From NCBI GenBank assembly GCA_964304625.1, contig OZ199838.1, positions 5,810,443-5,874,442 of the forward strand: a DNA stretch of 64,000 bases. The letters run 5' to 3'. The notes under the pieces were generated by a model. The model searched no databases and had not been told where the DNA came from. It saw nothing but the letters and a program-made list of their open reading frames with translations. Numbering within the stretch: the stretch's first letter is position 1; every line of letters begins with the position of its first letter. This stretch comes from Kudoa neothunni. Taxonomy: Eukaryota > Animalia > Cnidaria. This document shows, one piece after another, positions 1-13,597 of the stretch. A program made the translations under genes and the position numbers.

Positions 1-312
1 GTCCTTAGACCTCGTTGAAAACGTCCGCTATGTTGAACATTCAGTGATTAAATTCAATGCTGAGAGTTGTAATTTTGCATCGTCTAATTATTTGAATTAT
101 TTATGTTGAAGTTGACGAGATTTGTGACTGTTGCTGGGAAAGAGCGCATTAAAATTTATGTCGGGCCAAAGGATATAAATTTGAGCAGTAAAAATTAATT
201 TACTCATGTTTTCTTCTATCTCTATATATTTTTTCTTTTTCTATCTCCCTTGAACAATCCAAGGACCAAAAAATAACGTTTCGAATATCACTTTAAGGGA
301 ATTTAAATAATT

Positions 313-383
313 CGGGGATGCAGATTAAATCCGGCACTGACGTTCAATTATTTAGTTTTGGTGCCGGGGTTTTTGCATCCCTG
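313..383. repeat. 71-bp imperfect inverted repeat (mini-MITE-like)
   Basis: cggggatgcagattaaatccggcac ... gtgccggggtttttgcatccctg. No TSD found. Confidence 0.4.
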
Positions 384-1652
384 CACAGAATTGATCATGA
401 TTTCAATTTCGCTAATTGCAATCGTTGAAAGTATGATGCTCAAAAATTTTTAGTTATTCCGCTTCTAGGGGTTAATCCAAAAATTCGATATATTTTTTGA
501 ATGTTATTAAGAAACGTCTCTATACGAAATCTTCCCAAAGCAACGCTGGGCAGTCCGCGTTAGGTATTATTATTAGGCTACATCTCTAAAAAATAAACGA
601 GACACAAAAGAAAGAGATTGATAACATCTTTATAAATTGTTGTTAAATAATTATTCCTAAAGGCATTTTAAGCATTACTGACAACTTGTTGAGTTTAATA
701 ACCCTAAATAATATAATTCTGTAGACATCATTAAATAAGTCACAAACCGCATTATGCAAAAATTTCTCCTACCTAATATTAATATCACTTAATTTACTCC
801 CAGTTTAAAACCCATGAGTTATATAATACATCAGTTGAATTAATCATATAAACAATATTAAAATGAAATAACTTCTCTAGGGTTAATAAATTAATACAAT
901 GATTCTCCAAATGGGTTCTGTGGTACCCGAAGGTTCCACGAAGCGAGGACAGGGGTTCCACAAAGCTACAATGAAAAACAATATTTAATCATAACCTAAG
1001 AAATTGGTACATATCGTATCTTATGACGTCAGTGAATGTTTCACTGATAGCTGGCCCTCGCCCATGAGCTACGCATCATCGTACGTGCAGGAAGAATGTG
1101 CTGTTTTTCTGTTAATACAAGTATTTCTTTTATTCTACAAATTATTTGAACCATTCTTAAATCTTTAAATGGATCAATTCTCAGAAAAGATAAGTAGAAC
1201 ATCGTCTAAAGAAGACGCAGAAATAGATTAACTTGAAAATGAACGATCTGCGAGCTCTCATTAAAGATGTTGTGTCCAAATTCAGAAAGCGGTTAGAAAA
1301 AGAAAACACGGTATATGTTCTAATTTACTGTGTGTTTTAAATTATTTTCTTTATTAAAATATTTATTTGCTGTTACGATTTCGTTGTGTTTAACAAATAA
1401 AATTTTCCTTTTATTCGATAAAGTTTTCATACGTAACATAAATAAATGTTAAAATATAGTCAGACTTAATAACATTTTAAACATTCATAAATTTTATTTT
1501 ATGAGTTTGATTATATTTGAGTCACCAAAATCATATTAAATCCATAATTATACTATATCGCGACAAATATTTGATTGTATGGAAATAATGAATTCCGAAA
1601 TATAAGAGAAAACTCATTTTGTTGAATCAAGTGAGTATGTTAAGAATTAAAG

Positions 1653-3433
1653 TTAAATTGATGGACATGGGTCGGGACATTCACGGAGATAGGATTGACT
1701 GATTTGGTCAGACAATTTCATCACGGTTGTATGAATTGTTAGCTATATTTCAAAATAAACAAGATAATGCTAAACAAATAAATACCTTGTTAAGAATCGG
1801 TTTTGTTGAGAGAATATTGAGAAGTGATTCGACCAAATTCTCTTCTAAAGCTCCTTTTCTATCCTAAAATCAATTTACACATAAACCTTGCTAGATATAT
1901 AATTTGGTGTACGTGTTTTAATAATTTGATACATTTATCACACTAAAAAGTTACAAATATCACCAACACAAAGCGAAAAAACCGTACAACAGTGTATCTA
2001 TTATCAAATGGAGGATCTGGATAAATTTTGTCATAATTGGAAATATGTAAAAACCAATGATCCGAGTTTTCATCCATTCTATATTATAGCCATTAATTAA
2101 ATTTATCATTTGAATTACGTTTCGATGGCATCAACTGTGCGCTTGCCTCTAGTTATCAAGGCTGCCTACAATGAGGTGAATAATATCAGCGTAAACCAAC
2201 CAATTTACTTTATGTTTATTACTCCCAATAGTGATGTAGGAAGGAGCAATAAATTTTTCATTTGTAAATCTTTCAAGAGCATCCTCGTAACTATAAAATT
2301 CATTCATAAATATCAAACTGAATCGAATACTTTGTTTGACTTAAAATCAAATCTCTTGCAACAAAACTCACAAGTTTTTCCTTACCCATGTTTTTGATTA
2401 GATCTATGTGTATTAGGAGTTTTTAGTTTACATACTGCGAAATGAATTAGAATCGGTACCAAATATTGAGGGGACTAACGTGAATCTCTGGTTAATCGAA
2501 AAGGTGAAACCATTCTAACGCATAGATATTATGTTGTAAATTTAAGAATTTTAATGCTTACGGTTGACATAGCTGTGAGGAACCCAATAAATCCCACAAA
2601 ACCGCTTGATTTAGCTATGGGTTTCTGATCTCTCTAAAAACTATTTTATAATCAGCTCAACAAAAATTCATACCTCCCAAGTAATTTCTATCGCCATTTT
2701 TCTCAGTAAAGTGGTCATCAACCAACTATGATCGGTCTTATTCCACCCAAGAAATAACCCAAAATCAAGATTTCTTCCATGATATATCTCCCCTAAGCAT
2801 ACTTCAATAGACGAACCAATAGTAAATCAACCAGTAATGCTATTCTTCATAACAATAGAAGTGCAGAATGTGGATATTTCATAAAATAAATTAACAACAA
2901 CTATGGATTCTAATGGAACGTCCGCTCCTTTCGAAACACCTTTCATCTCAGCTACATATTCTTCGGGGATCGATGGAATTAAAAATTTCTGTATAATAAT
3001 TGTATTCATTTGCTGAATCTACCCAATTTACCATATATGAGCGTAGAAGTCGGAATAGAATTCCAAACTTGTTTTCGATAGTTTTCAACAAATTTTGTAA
3101 CTTCATAGAATTTTAATTTATTTAAAGATAGAAAGAATTTACGTCTTTCTTATGCACTCTCGATATGTTCACCCATCGCAATTCTGGTTGTGTGTTTAAA
3201 CTTATCACATAATTCTCAAGCAAGTTTCTAATTAAAAATCATTTTTTAACTTTTTGTAGATATGATTTGTGGTATTTCAAAATGTTACTTCGATGTGAGA
3301 TTATTATTCGTTTCACAAATTCTGGTGACCTAGAACAAGTCAATTCAATTAGAATCAGGTAACTATTCACTTTGAAGAAATTTTCACAATTAGAAAGTGA
3401 GACAGATGCTATGAAAAGCCAGATAAATATCAT
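1653..3433 (-). CDS. ASAH1: Acid ceramidase (Ntn-hydrolase), 15 exons and 14 tiny introns
   Basis: Manual splicing gives an open frame: signal peptide MIFIWLFIASVSLS, autocleavage nucleophile motif EISTF-CTSIV, YHGRNLDFGLFLGW, SNYD..PDPPFDNR, and C-terminus LSTKPILNKLTIHTTVM..YLRECPDPC. These motifs are colinear with animal ASAH1. Stop at 1655-1653. Confidence 0.92.
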
Positions 3434-4328
3434 TTTCTACCAATTATTGAACCACTGCAATTTCCTAATCTTAATAGGATTTTTTGGTAAATCAGTAAAT
3501 TCTACAAAACAACAAAATCCATTCTATTTAATTTTTCCATTATTTTAAAAAATGTTAATTATGATATTTTCGAAAATGTACCATTTTACGTTTATCTAAC
3601 GATAATTATGGCATGATTATAAAATGGCCGTAGTATTAGTGTGTAAGACGATTGTCGCAATACAATCCGATCAATAAGATATTTCCTAAAAATTCTATAG
3701 AGATTATAAATATTAATGAAAATATATTAACTCGTTTTAGACAAAACATTAATAAAAGATATTAATGATGAATAATATGATTTAATTAAACGTTCATCTA
3801 TAATGATTACATGCATCAGGTTATTTTTATAATTAAGCCTTAGATTCACTGATACAATAAAGCCACTTACGCTTAAATACAGTAAGATAAAGATTTTAAA
3901 TTATGCACAGAAATATTTGAACCGTGTGTAATAAAGGATAGATGAATACTCATAACCAAAAACTATCCATTCCCAAATTTGCACATGCCAACAACAAAAA
4001 ATCGTAACAAATTTTAAATATATATACAACTGCTTAAGAAAGCTAACTCCTGGAGTTTTTTATAATGACTTTTTGAAATTTTTAACCATCGAGCATCTGT
4101 GGAAAACATTTACGCGAATACCTGGAGATGGCCGCTGTGTCAATACGTCCATATGCAAAAATGGATTAAAATAAAAAAAATCATTGTATTTGAAGTTAAG
4201 AACATAATTATCTTCATTAGTTTTTACATTATAAAATATAATAAATTTGTAAAAATAAATCAATGATGCATTTTTCTGAGGATTATTTGCGAACGTGCGC
4301 AAAACAGGAATAACTATGCTTGTAAATA

Positions 4329-4904
4329 CAGTAGGCAACCGATGATACGCGCTTTCATCGACACGACGTATTCAAAGTTTCTATTGGGTGAAACATTTTA
4401 TGATATTTTTGTGATTGTAAAAAGATAAGTCTTAAAAATATATCTTAATTAAATTAGGAGATTTCCAATCTGTTATGCCACTTGACTAACTGATAATACG
4501 AGCTTTTTCGGCCAAACCACTTAGATTAAATCGTTTTTATTGGAAACGAGGGAAAAATTTTAATTCCGACGGTTGAATTTTTGAGGTATCTCAAAAAATG
4601 ATCATTTCCATGAAAATGGAAATAGAAATAGAATAAATTTTATTTCAAGACAATGTTAGTTGCCAATTAAATAATGTTATAGATGTACATAAATAAAAAT
4701 TTTACCCCAATGTAAATGAATATAAATATTTTATCAATAGATATGATTAAAACAAAAATAATTTTAATAATGTTTTTTTGTTATTCTAATTAAAAAAAAG
4801 TATAATACCTATGCTGAAAAATAAAGAAAACACAATAACAAATTAAAAGCGCACGCACTTTTTTGGGTGGTCCTCGGGGACTACATATTATCGATTGCCT
4901 ACTG
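4329..4904. mobile_element. pogo/Tigger-type MITE
   Basis: TIRs cagtaggcaaccgat / atcgattgcctactg, flanked by TA and CA. The left ~200 bp recurs at about 61035-61232. Confidence 0.75.
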
Positions 4905-5029
4905 CACTTTGAAGAGCGTGAAAAGGCAGGGATAAACGTTTTTGTTATTTTTTCATTTTTCACATTTTCTCATAACTACTATTTTATTATGAAATCTCTT
5001 CCCCTGTTGACAGAAATATGTTAAACGTA

Positions 5030-6860
5030 CAGTAGTGCAGGGATATTGCGCATTAAAAATCCCCCAAATTAGATCCAACGACATGGTTAGTACGCAATTA
5101 AGAAATCAGAGATAATATCGATCGTTAGATGAGAAGATTAAAATAATAAATTATTACGGCGAAATGAAAGGATTCAATGGCTCAATAACTAAAACCGTTG
5201 AGAAATTTAATCTCAAATCGATATTTTCTTTGAATAGCATATTATTAAAAAGGAGCGGTATTACGAACAATTTAAACTCTGGAGACCCAGATCACAGCAG
5301 AAAAACCTTAAGAAAAGGGAATTTTTCCACGTTAGATTCCAAAGTTAAGGAGTGGATTGAGTTAATAAGAACTAATAATATCGAGTTATCAAGGGATGAT
5401 ATAATTAATAATGCTAACGACTATTCATTTGAAGTTAAAAAAACAACTTCTAAAGTTGGTAGAGGTTGGTTTCAAGGCTTTGCTTCAAGAGTTGGGCTGA
5501 AGAAGAACAAATTCACAGGAGAGTCTAAGAGTGTCGATCCTGAAATAGTTTCCTCTTGGAAAGATCAACTGTTAAAATTGATTGACAATTATGACCCAAA
5601 AGATATTTTTAATTAGAATGAGACTGAGCTATTTTATCAGCAAAGAAAAAATAAAATATACTTTAAATTTGTATCACAATATGAAATTTGGTGCATGGTT
5701 ACGTATTTAAAAAGGAGGGAAACTTGCACGGTTCTAAAAATCGAAGAAGAGAGTAACTATTCTTGCCATTTTCTCGATGTTTTGAGAAAAATGACCGTTA
5801 TTAATAATTGGAAATTTTGAAAAACCTCGTTGCTTTCGGAAGATTAAGGATCCCCCACTTCCCTATTACGTAGATAAGAAAGCTTGGATGACCAGCTTGA
5901 TTTTTTCAAAATAACTAACGGAGTGGAATCGTGAACTTTCTCGATGCAAGAGATGTATCTTATTATTTGTTGATAATTGTCCAGCCCACCCAACACTAAA
6001 TTTTTCAAACGTCCAACTCTGTTTTTTCCCATCCAAAACAAACAATGTATTGCAGCAATTGGATCAAGGAATTATTAACAGTTTTAAATGTATTTACAAA
6101 AATCATCTGACAAATTATTTTATAAATAAAGCCATTTCTAATTCCACGGATGTTTCCGATAACAATTTAAGTGATGATCCTCCAGAGTTACTTGAAGCTA
6201 TGTATATGATTAAAGAAGCATGGCAATTAGTGACTGACGAAACAATAAAAAGCTGTTTTAAAAAATATCTCTTTTTTAATAACTGTGATTCAGCAGACAT
6301 CATCCCTTCGTTTGAAAGGAATTTACCAGGAAATCAACTTAGAGACTGCGTTGATTAAGAATGTGTTAACTTGATAAATAATGGAGTCGACACAATGGAT
6401 GAATCGTCTTCTAATGAAAATTATGAACAAACTAGCACTATTTGTTCCATAAATAAAGTTACGAACATTTAAATAAATTGAGGAAATTTTTTTCGTTCAT
6501 GACCAAGCTATGTTAGAAAATATAACCAAATTAGACTTTTTTATTTGCAACATAAGACACGGTTCGCAAAATACGATAAAATAACCGATTATTTCAAAAA
6601 ATCTGCATAATTTCGAATTATTATAGTTTATTCACCTTATATTTATTTTTTCGTGTATTTACTATTGATTTTTCCCAAATATATTCGAGTTACCATTAAT
6701 ATGGGTGGGCAAATACGGTTGTTAAATACAAAATACAGCGGCGCGCGACTAAGATTTTTCTCTCATTTTGCGCGCGCGGACATGGATACTACGTAATACA
6801 GGGGTACTACGCACCTAAATGTTTCGTCCCAAAAAAGTGTGTAGTATCCCTGCACTACTG
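5030..6860 (+). mobile_element. Tigger/pogo transposon with disrupted transposase
   Basis: TIRs cagtagtgcagggata / tatccctgcactactg with TA TSD. CENP-B HTH (GWFQGFASR), DIFN*NET and QQLDQGIINSFK motifs in ORFs 5164-5616 and 6050-6358, separated by stops and frameshifts. Confidence 0.92.
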
Positions 6861-9478
6861 TATATAGTATAAGGATTTTTAGATTTTGATTTTTTGAGTT
6901 ATGATAATATGATCCAATTTAAACGACTATATTTAATTTTCTACTTTTTGTTGATATGTAATTTAACAAAATTATTATAATATGCGCAATTCACATGCCA
7001 GATTAAATTAGTTAACAGAATCAAGTTGTTATAGAAACAAAAAAATGAATGTTTAAAAAATTTGTTTCTTCAAAGTTCATTTATAATGTTTATTTTACTG
7101 TAGAAAAGTTTTTTATATATTTCAACTATCTAAACGTTATTACAGTCAACAACGGTTATTGCGTAATTGGATATTGCGTACTTTTCATTGCGTGTCATTA
7201 TTTTATCGTTTTATAAGGTGCAGTTCTATCTTATAAGTCTTTTAAGCTATTAAGAAAACATTTTGAATTATTTTTTAAGAATTTTTTTTATGAATGCTAG
7301 AAAATGGATATTGCGCACTAATTTTAGTCACCATGAAATTTAACAAGATCTCGAAATCAAAGAGTACTATCGTTATTTGGTGATGTCAATTTTTTTCTAT
7401 TTTAATATTAATAAAAACTATTCTGAGTTAGTTTATTAAATAACAAAAATTGAACTACTAGCTAATACAGAAAAACAGAAATGTTTTTATAATTTAAATA
7501 TTATCCATATGTGTAAATTTAATAGTACTTTAGTTTCCTTACAGGATTACATGTTGCTATTTTAATCTGAGTAGGTTGGTTCATTTTAAACTATAATGAT
7601 AACACATGAATGTACACTTTTACTATTAGATTGTTTTGGGGTTAGATTAACTCCATTTTATTGCGTAAAAAAGATAATAATCTAAATAAAGAATAAATTT
7701 CTTCATTAGAGCATAATATTAATTGCTGATTAAATTAAAAAATATTTTTATTATGTTTAATGTTGTTGATGTAACTACGACAAGTAGATAATGTTATCAA
7801 TATGGATGACATTTAAATATTTTTTATAGAAAACTGTGAGCTTACTTACTAAATATAAATTGACTTTTTTTATTGCATATATTTCTGAGAGCCTAATACC
7901 AATGATCAAATTGATGATAAATAAAATATACGTGTTCCAATAAAATCTTGGAAGAATCTGACCAACAACAATCAGTGGTGACACTATAAATAAATTTCGT
8001 TTTCTTTCGATTTAATGAATTAATTAAAATAAATTTTTATTTATTAATAATAAACTAAAGTGTCTATTTTCTAAAATTTACAAGATACGTATGTAAAGGT
8101 GCAAATGGATTAACAAACTCGTTAAACCTTACATAAAATATTAAAATGATGTAATACAAAAATAATTCACGTGTATAACATTTTTTTTAAATAATCATAC
8201 TTTACATTAATTTCGAAACATTACTAAAATGTGTTTTATGTCTGTGCAATCTAACGGCTGTATGGAGCAGAATTTTTATTTTGTATTTTCTGTTCAACCG
8301 TTTTTTATTTTATTTATTATAGATGTTATATTTTTCATTATAAATAACGTATAGATTGATACCATTATAATATGAGAAACAACGGGTTAAAATATCCGAT
8401 GGAATATTCCTTCCTATATTAATTACATATCATTTAAATTTGGCTATAGAAAATCCCGAAAAAAATTTATAAACTAGAACATCATTATCGATTGTCGAAA
8501 ACGATGTTTAATTTTAAAAATTTAAAAATTTTAGTAGTTTAATTAAGAATTTTTTTAAATACTGTAAACAAGCCTATAATTATAAATGATAAGTATTAAA
8601 CAGCGAATAATATATTGGAACAGATTGCATTTTTTGGATTTAATTATCATGCTTTTTTTCTTCACAATTAAAAATTAACATTTTATAACCGTTTTTATAA
8701 AAATATTTCATAACGTTTTTCAACTGTAATAATATCTAATTGCATCATTGTTAAAAAAATTTTAATGAATATAAATACACCCGATTATATAAGATGAAAT
8801 CATAAATTTAAAAATTAAATTAAACGTAAAATAACAACTTTATTCGAAACACGCGCACGCCCTATATGTTATGGTTCTTACGTATATCTTATGCTTTTTC
8901 TTATCCAACCAAACCTTGGTAAATCCAAATCTGTTTATAATTTAATTCGCAAAATTAGATTTAAAAGAAAAATTTGTCGAAAAATAATTCAGAAGGAACA
9001 CCTTTCTAGATACACAAAGGCGATCAAGTTTGCCTTTAATTCTCAACTTTTAAAGTTTTAATAATTCTAACAAGATGGTTATATCATTATTAATCAGTTA
9101 GATCATGGAAACATATGCAATTATAGAATCTGGTTCTTATTCTTATACGAACAATCCATTTATTTGAAATGAAAATTCTCAATATGATGCAAATCACAAT
9201 GAAAATGACCAACTCACGTATGTATTAAACGTGGAGAAACTGAAGAATGATATCTCAGAAATACGCTGAATATTTTAACTTAAGACACAAATGGATTGAA
9301 TGATTCCTACCCAGTGGTGGATAGGACATCTAAAATTGTAAAATATACCTAGAAATGTATTTTATAAAAAATTTTCCAAAAAATAGATGTTGATTAGTTT
9401 ATTTTAACAAAAATAATTGAGTTTAAAATTTCACGCGCGCGCGATTACATGGATATTGCGCACAGAATATATATTGTG

Positions 9479-10853
9479 GGCTATAGTCTGGTATCTGTGT
9501 CTGCCTCGACAAGCTTCGTCTCCAATAGGGTAAAACAGCGAGATGAGTAATTTTCATCCAAAATCCCTCCTTCACAAACGATGACGTTCGAAAACATTGT
9601 TGCATATTTTGTCGCACCACAATATTTGAGTGGAAGTCAATTATAAGAAATATGATGGTATGCAAATTAAGTGACCATTTTTCAAAAATTGGAGATAAAG
9701 GAAAAATCATGCAGATAGATGGATGAGAACGGCTAAACTACACAACACGGGATCGCTTCGGTAAAAATCGGAATATTTAAATTATACGATAAATTATTGT
9801 TTATTTCTCTAAAAAATGAACTTACTTCGCGTTTTTTATATTTTCTTGCGAAAATATAATCGTATAGCGGTTCAAGATCTTTGTTTGTAATGCTACGGTA
9901 CTTTTTCTTGAAAGCACCCCAAGCAGCTACAATTCGGTTAGTATGGGCACCAGTACCTGAAACAAACGAATATTTGTGCGTCGCAGTTTCGTGAAGAAAT
10001 CCAGGTTCATTTACACGTCGATATCGTGCCCAGCTATCGGTCCACACAATTGAAATTTCCATCACTCTATTTAAAATAATATTTTCAAGAATATCGCGGT
10101 TCCTTTTGTTGGTCAACTCAAAAAACAATCGCTACTCTCATCGATACCATCAACTATCCAATATTGTTGATTTTTCAACAGACGCCCAACGTTGTATTTG
10201 CGTTTAGTAACGGCAGTTTCATCAATTTGCACTATAATATTTTCATCGGTGATTTTTAGGGGGATAATACTCCGCATTAATTCCCTCCAATCATGAATCG
10301 TATTATGCGATGAAATTTCAGTATGAGTTCGGATTTCCTCATACGTCACGTTTTTGAATTGGATGTGCGATACAGAAAAAAGAAAAAGTTTCCATAGTGG
10401 AAGATTAGAATGCTGAAAAATTGAGCCAACTCTTAGATTTTTTTCTACAATCTGGGCAGCGGGAAACAACGAATCATTCAGAGACTTCTCAAAAACTTCT
10501 CGCATCATGCATCCACATTCACATTTCTTCTGTGAAGAAATAATACCGAGATATTGAATAATTCTTATGTTATACATCGTATCATATTAAAAAAACCCAT
10601 AATCAGTGGCCTTTATGGTGTCAATATTTTCTAAATCAAAGGTTTTTAGCGAGAAACTCATTTCTCGACGGTTTCCGACTTTCACGGAAGAGGTCCCGTA
10701 TTGTGTAGTTTAGACGAAAAAAATATTCTGGAAAAGAGTCGCACATATTATTTCAACATGTCATGAAATCTTCTTTGTTTTAAATTAAATCCCGAAGTTT
10801 ACCGATCTTATGTTTCCGTTGCCGAGGACAGACACAGATATCAGACTATAGCC
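9479..10853 (+). mobile_element. Merlin element A (internally deleted)
   Basis: About 35-bp TIRs ggctatagtctggtatctgtgtctg / cagacacagatatcagactatagcc. 8-bp TSD atattgtg / gtattgtg. Plus-strand remnant TTIFEWKSIIRNM..KIGDKGKIMQID at about 9617-9720. Confidence 0.85.
9731..10715 (-). mobile_element. Merlin (IS1016/ISXO2-like) element B with frameshifted transposase
   Basis: About 43-bp TIRs ggctaaactacacaacacggg / cccgtattgtgtagtttagac. ORFs 10113-10577 and 9733-10128 carry VQIDET..KRKYNVGR, IVWTDSW..Y and TGAHTNRIV..W. TSD is not recognisable. Confidence 0.9.
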
Positions 10854-11665
10854 GTATTGTGTACCATTTTGCCATTCCCCACAAAAGTCACAATAATCGT
10901 TGTTGACTGTATTTATACGGTGGCCACGGTGAGCATGTTCACGTTTTCGTGCAACTTTCTTTTTTTTATTTTATGGGAAAATATTATACGTATTCTCCAT
11001 TATTTAAATATTTTTAAACGCACCATTACACTATAAGATACACTATGGGAAAAAGGGAATAAAATATTTTATAACAGTTATTGATATAATAAGCACTGAT
11101 TAGTCACAGTGGTCACCTCCAGGTATTAAAGGGTTAATCATTTATCTATTCGATGAATCATGTCTTTTGCAACTCTCATAATTCAGTATTAATCAGTTTC
11201 GAGGATTTTATTGAAACAGATTTAATAATGACATAATCTACCAGGATCAATGAAAATACTTCAAGTAATAACAAAAGTATTCAAACAACAAATATATCGA
11301 TTTTGAATCATTGGAAAAATATGACAGTTGTTGGTGAGAAAGTCGTCGTCACAGTGCCATATTTTAGAAGACAGCAAATAAAAATATTTAAGACAATCAT
11401 AACATTATCAAATAAAAAATGTGTCGACATTTAATCATTTAACCCCAGAGAATGGATGGAAACGAAATATACCAACTCATACAATCGGATAATTTCGGAA
11501 ATATCCGACTTATAAGTTTACAGTAAGAAACATATTCTAAACTGCTTCCATTTATTTAGCGATTCCAAAATTGTCGGTAAATATTCCAATAATTTATAAT
11601 TTTTTATTCATCTCGAATAAACTCGTGTAAATATCCATCAATTCTACAAGAAATCCTCATACGCA

Positions 11666-11672
11666 CGCGCAG
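11666..11672 (+). promoter_or_regulatory. CGCGCAG motif 36 nt upstream of the RPLP0 ATG
   Basis: The same heptamer lies upstream of CAMSAP and INTS1. It resembles an NRF1-type GCGCA half site. Function is inferred. Confidence 0.4.
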
Positions 11673-11708
11673 TGTATCCTCGTGTAAGGTGTATCGGAGC
11701 ATTTCCTG

Positions 11709-12802
11709 ATGGTTGCGTTCAAAGAAGTATCAACCAAAAAGATCAACTTTGTTCAACAAGTCTCTGTAAATTGCAGCAACGAATACGCTCCGTGATTGAG
11801 TTGTTTTGTAGGACTTGATTGAGCAGTACCACAAGTTTATTATATTCCAAGCTGACAATGTTGGAGCATCCCAGATACAAAGCATTAGAAAACAACTTAG
11901 AGGAAAAGCTGAGGTTATTATGGGTAAGAACAGTTTGTTCAAGAAAGCCTTTATCCCTCAATATGAAAAATATCCAAATCTCCAAAAGTAATGGCTCTCT
12001 ATCGGCTGTTTGTGCTTGGAAGCTAAAGTCCGATTTAGAATTGTACCTCAAATTGTTGGTAATGTTGGATTTCTGTTCACCAACGAACCCACCCTTGGAG
12101 AATGCCGATCAATATTGGAAACACTTTCCGAATATAAACCTCCAAAAGTTGGAGCCATCGCTCAATGCGATGTTGTTGTTCCTAAAGGTGTGACGTCAAT
12201 CTCTCCTGAAAAGACTAGTTTCTTCCAGTCTCTTAACATCAGTACCATGATTAACAAAGGTTGTATTGAAATTATGGTATACCTTTTGTGTTATGTTTTG
12301 CTGTGTGTGTGTAATGATGATTGCTCGGTTAGAACGATGTCCATTTGATCAAAGCTGGCAACAAGGTTGGTGAATCAGAGGTTACATTGCTCACTATGTT
12401 GGGCATCAAGCCATTTGCCTACAAACTCAGCAGCAAGGTTGTCTACGATAATGGTGATGTGTACTCGCCTGCTGTACTCGATATTACTACTGATGATTGG
12501 GCCAATGTCACCAAAGAAGCTATTGGGTCTGTTACAGCCCTCGCTTTTGGGTGTTGGACACTTCACCAAATGTTCTGCTCCTCATTCCATCTTGTACGCC
12601 TTCAAATCTATTGTTGGTGCATATTTGGAGTTGGGAATTGAGACTGAACGAACTAAAGCTATTCAAAGTGCTATTGAGTCTGCAGCTTCAGTTGCTGCCG
12701 CTGCCCCCGCTGCATCTGCTGCGTCTGGAAGTTGCTGCTAAGGTTGAAGAAACCAAAGAAGAAGAATCAGACGATGACCTCGGTTTCTCACTCTTTGATT
12801 AG
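11709..12802 (+). CDS. RPLP0: 60S acidic ribosomal protein P0 (uL10), 4 exons, two apparent +1 frameshifts
   Basis: Introns 11766-11811, 11988-12038 and 12277-12332. Motifs [50 protein letters not shown], an Ala-rich hinge and the C-terminus [13 protein letters not shown]. The frame shifts near 12549 and 12727. Confidence 0.97.
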
Positions 12803-13597
12803 ATAGCTCACCAAAACCTAAGAGTAGTATTTGTCTGAAGAATGTTTTAGGATTTGATTATTTGCGCATTATGATTCGAGTTTCCGTAATCTTGTTTTCA
12901 AATTAGCGCTTTCTCGTCAGTTACAGCTTGTATATTTGCTGCCTTGTTTTGCGTTGGGCTTAGTTGGCGGTCCCTACTTATGTGATCACCCCTGAATTAA
13001 TGAAGAATGGCTGTTCAAATTTAACTTTAGTAACTACTTGCGCTTTTGGGAAACGTCAATTTTAATCCTTAAGCTCCCACTATGTTTCCTGGACTATAAA
13101 AATCTTCCTCGAAAATAAGAACTAATGGTATTGAGCTAATTTTTAATATAAGAACTATTCCGTAGATAATACCTAATGACCCCCTTTCCAGTAAAATATG
13201 TAAGTTGGACTTGTCTAATATTCGGACAAAGAATGGTATTTGTAGGCTACGTATACATTCTACTTCTTTTTTATATAGTGCTAATGCGAACTTCCTAGCT
13301 TCGTCCTGGATTAGAAATATTTTCCATTGAAACTCCACCAAAAATGTATTAAATGATTGAAGATAAATTATGAATTTTTTCGATTATAATACTTTTAACG
13401 ATTGTTATTAACAAAGTTAAAATTAAGATAATTTTAGGGGAATCATAGAAATAACTATATAGTAGGCGACCGATTTTGCACTATTCCTTACGGACCATGA
13501 AAAAATGTGCAAAATCGGTTAGTCACGTGGTCGCCAATATATATTTTTCGTCATTTACAGTCAATTATTCAAACCAAAATTATTGTTCAATTGAATA

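Larger units (their letters stand above)
7143..10909. mobile_element. Tc1/mariner-superfamily non-autonomous element hosting nested Merlin elements
   Basis: TIRs cagtcaacaacggttattg / caataatcgttgttgactg, both flanked by TA. No transposase of its own was recognised. Confidence 0.75.

Noticed and set aside
1-150. Short open frame at the window edge
   Set aside because: It is too short and truncated to assign.
2110-2397. Plus-strand 95-aa ORF
   Set aside because: It is antisense to spliced ASAH1 exons.
12277-12332. C-box-like ATGATGA in RPLP0 intron 3 (intronic snoRNA?)
   Set aside because: The intron is only 56 nt, the motif is near its 3' end and there is no downstream D box.
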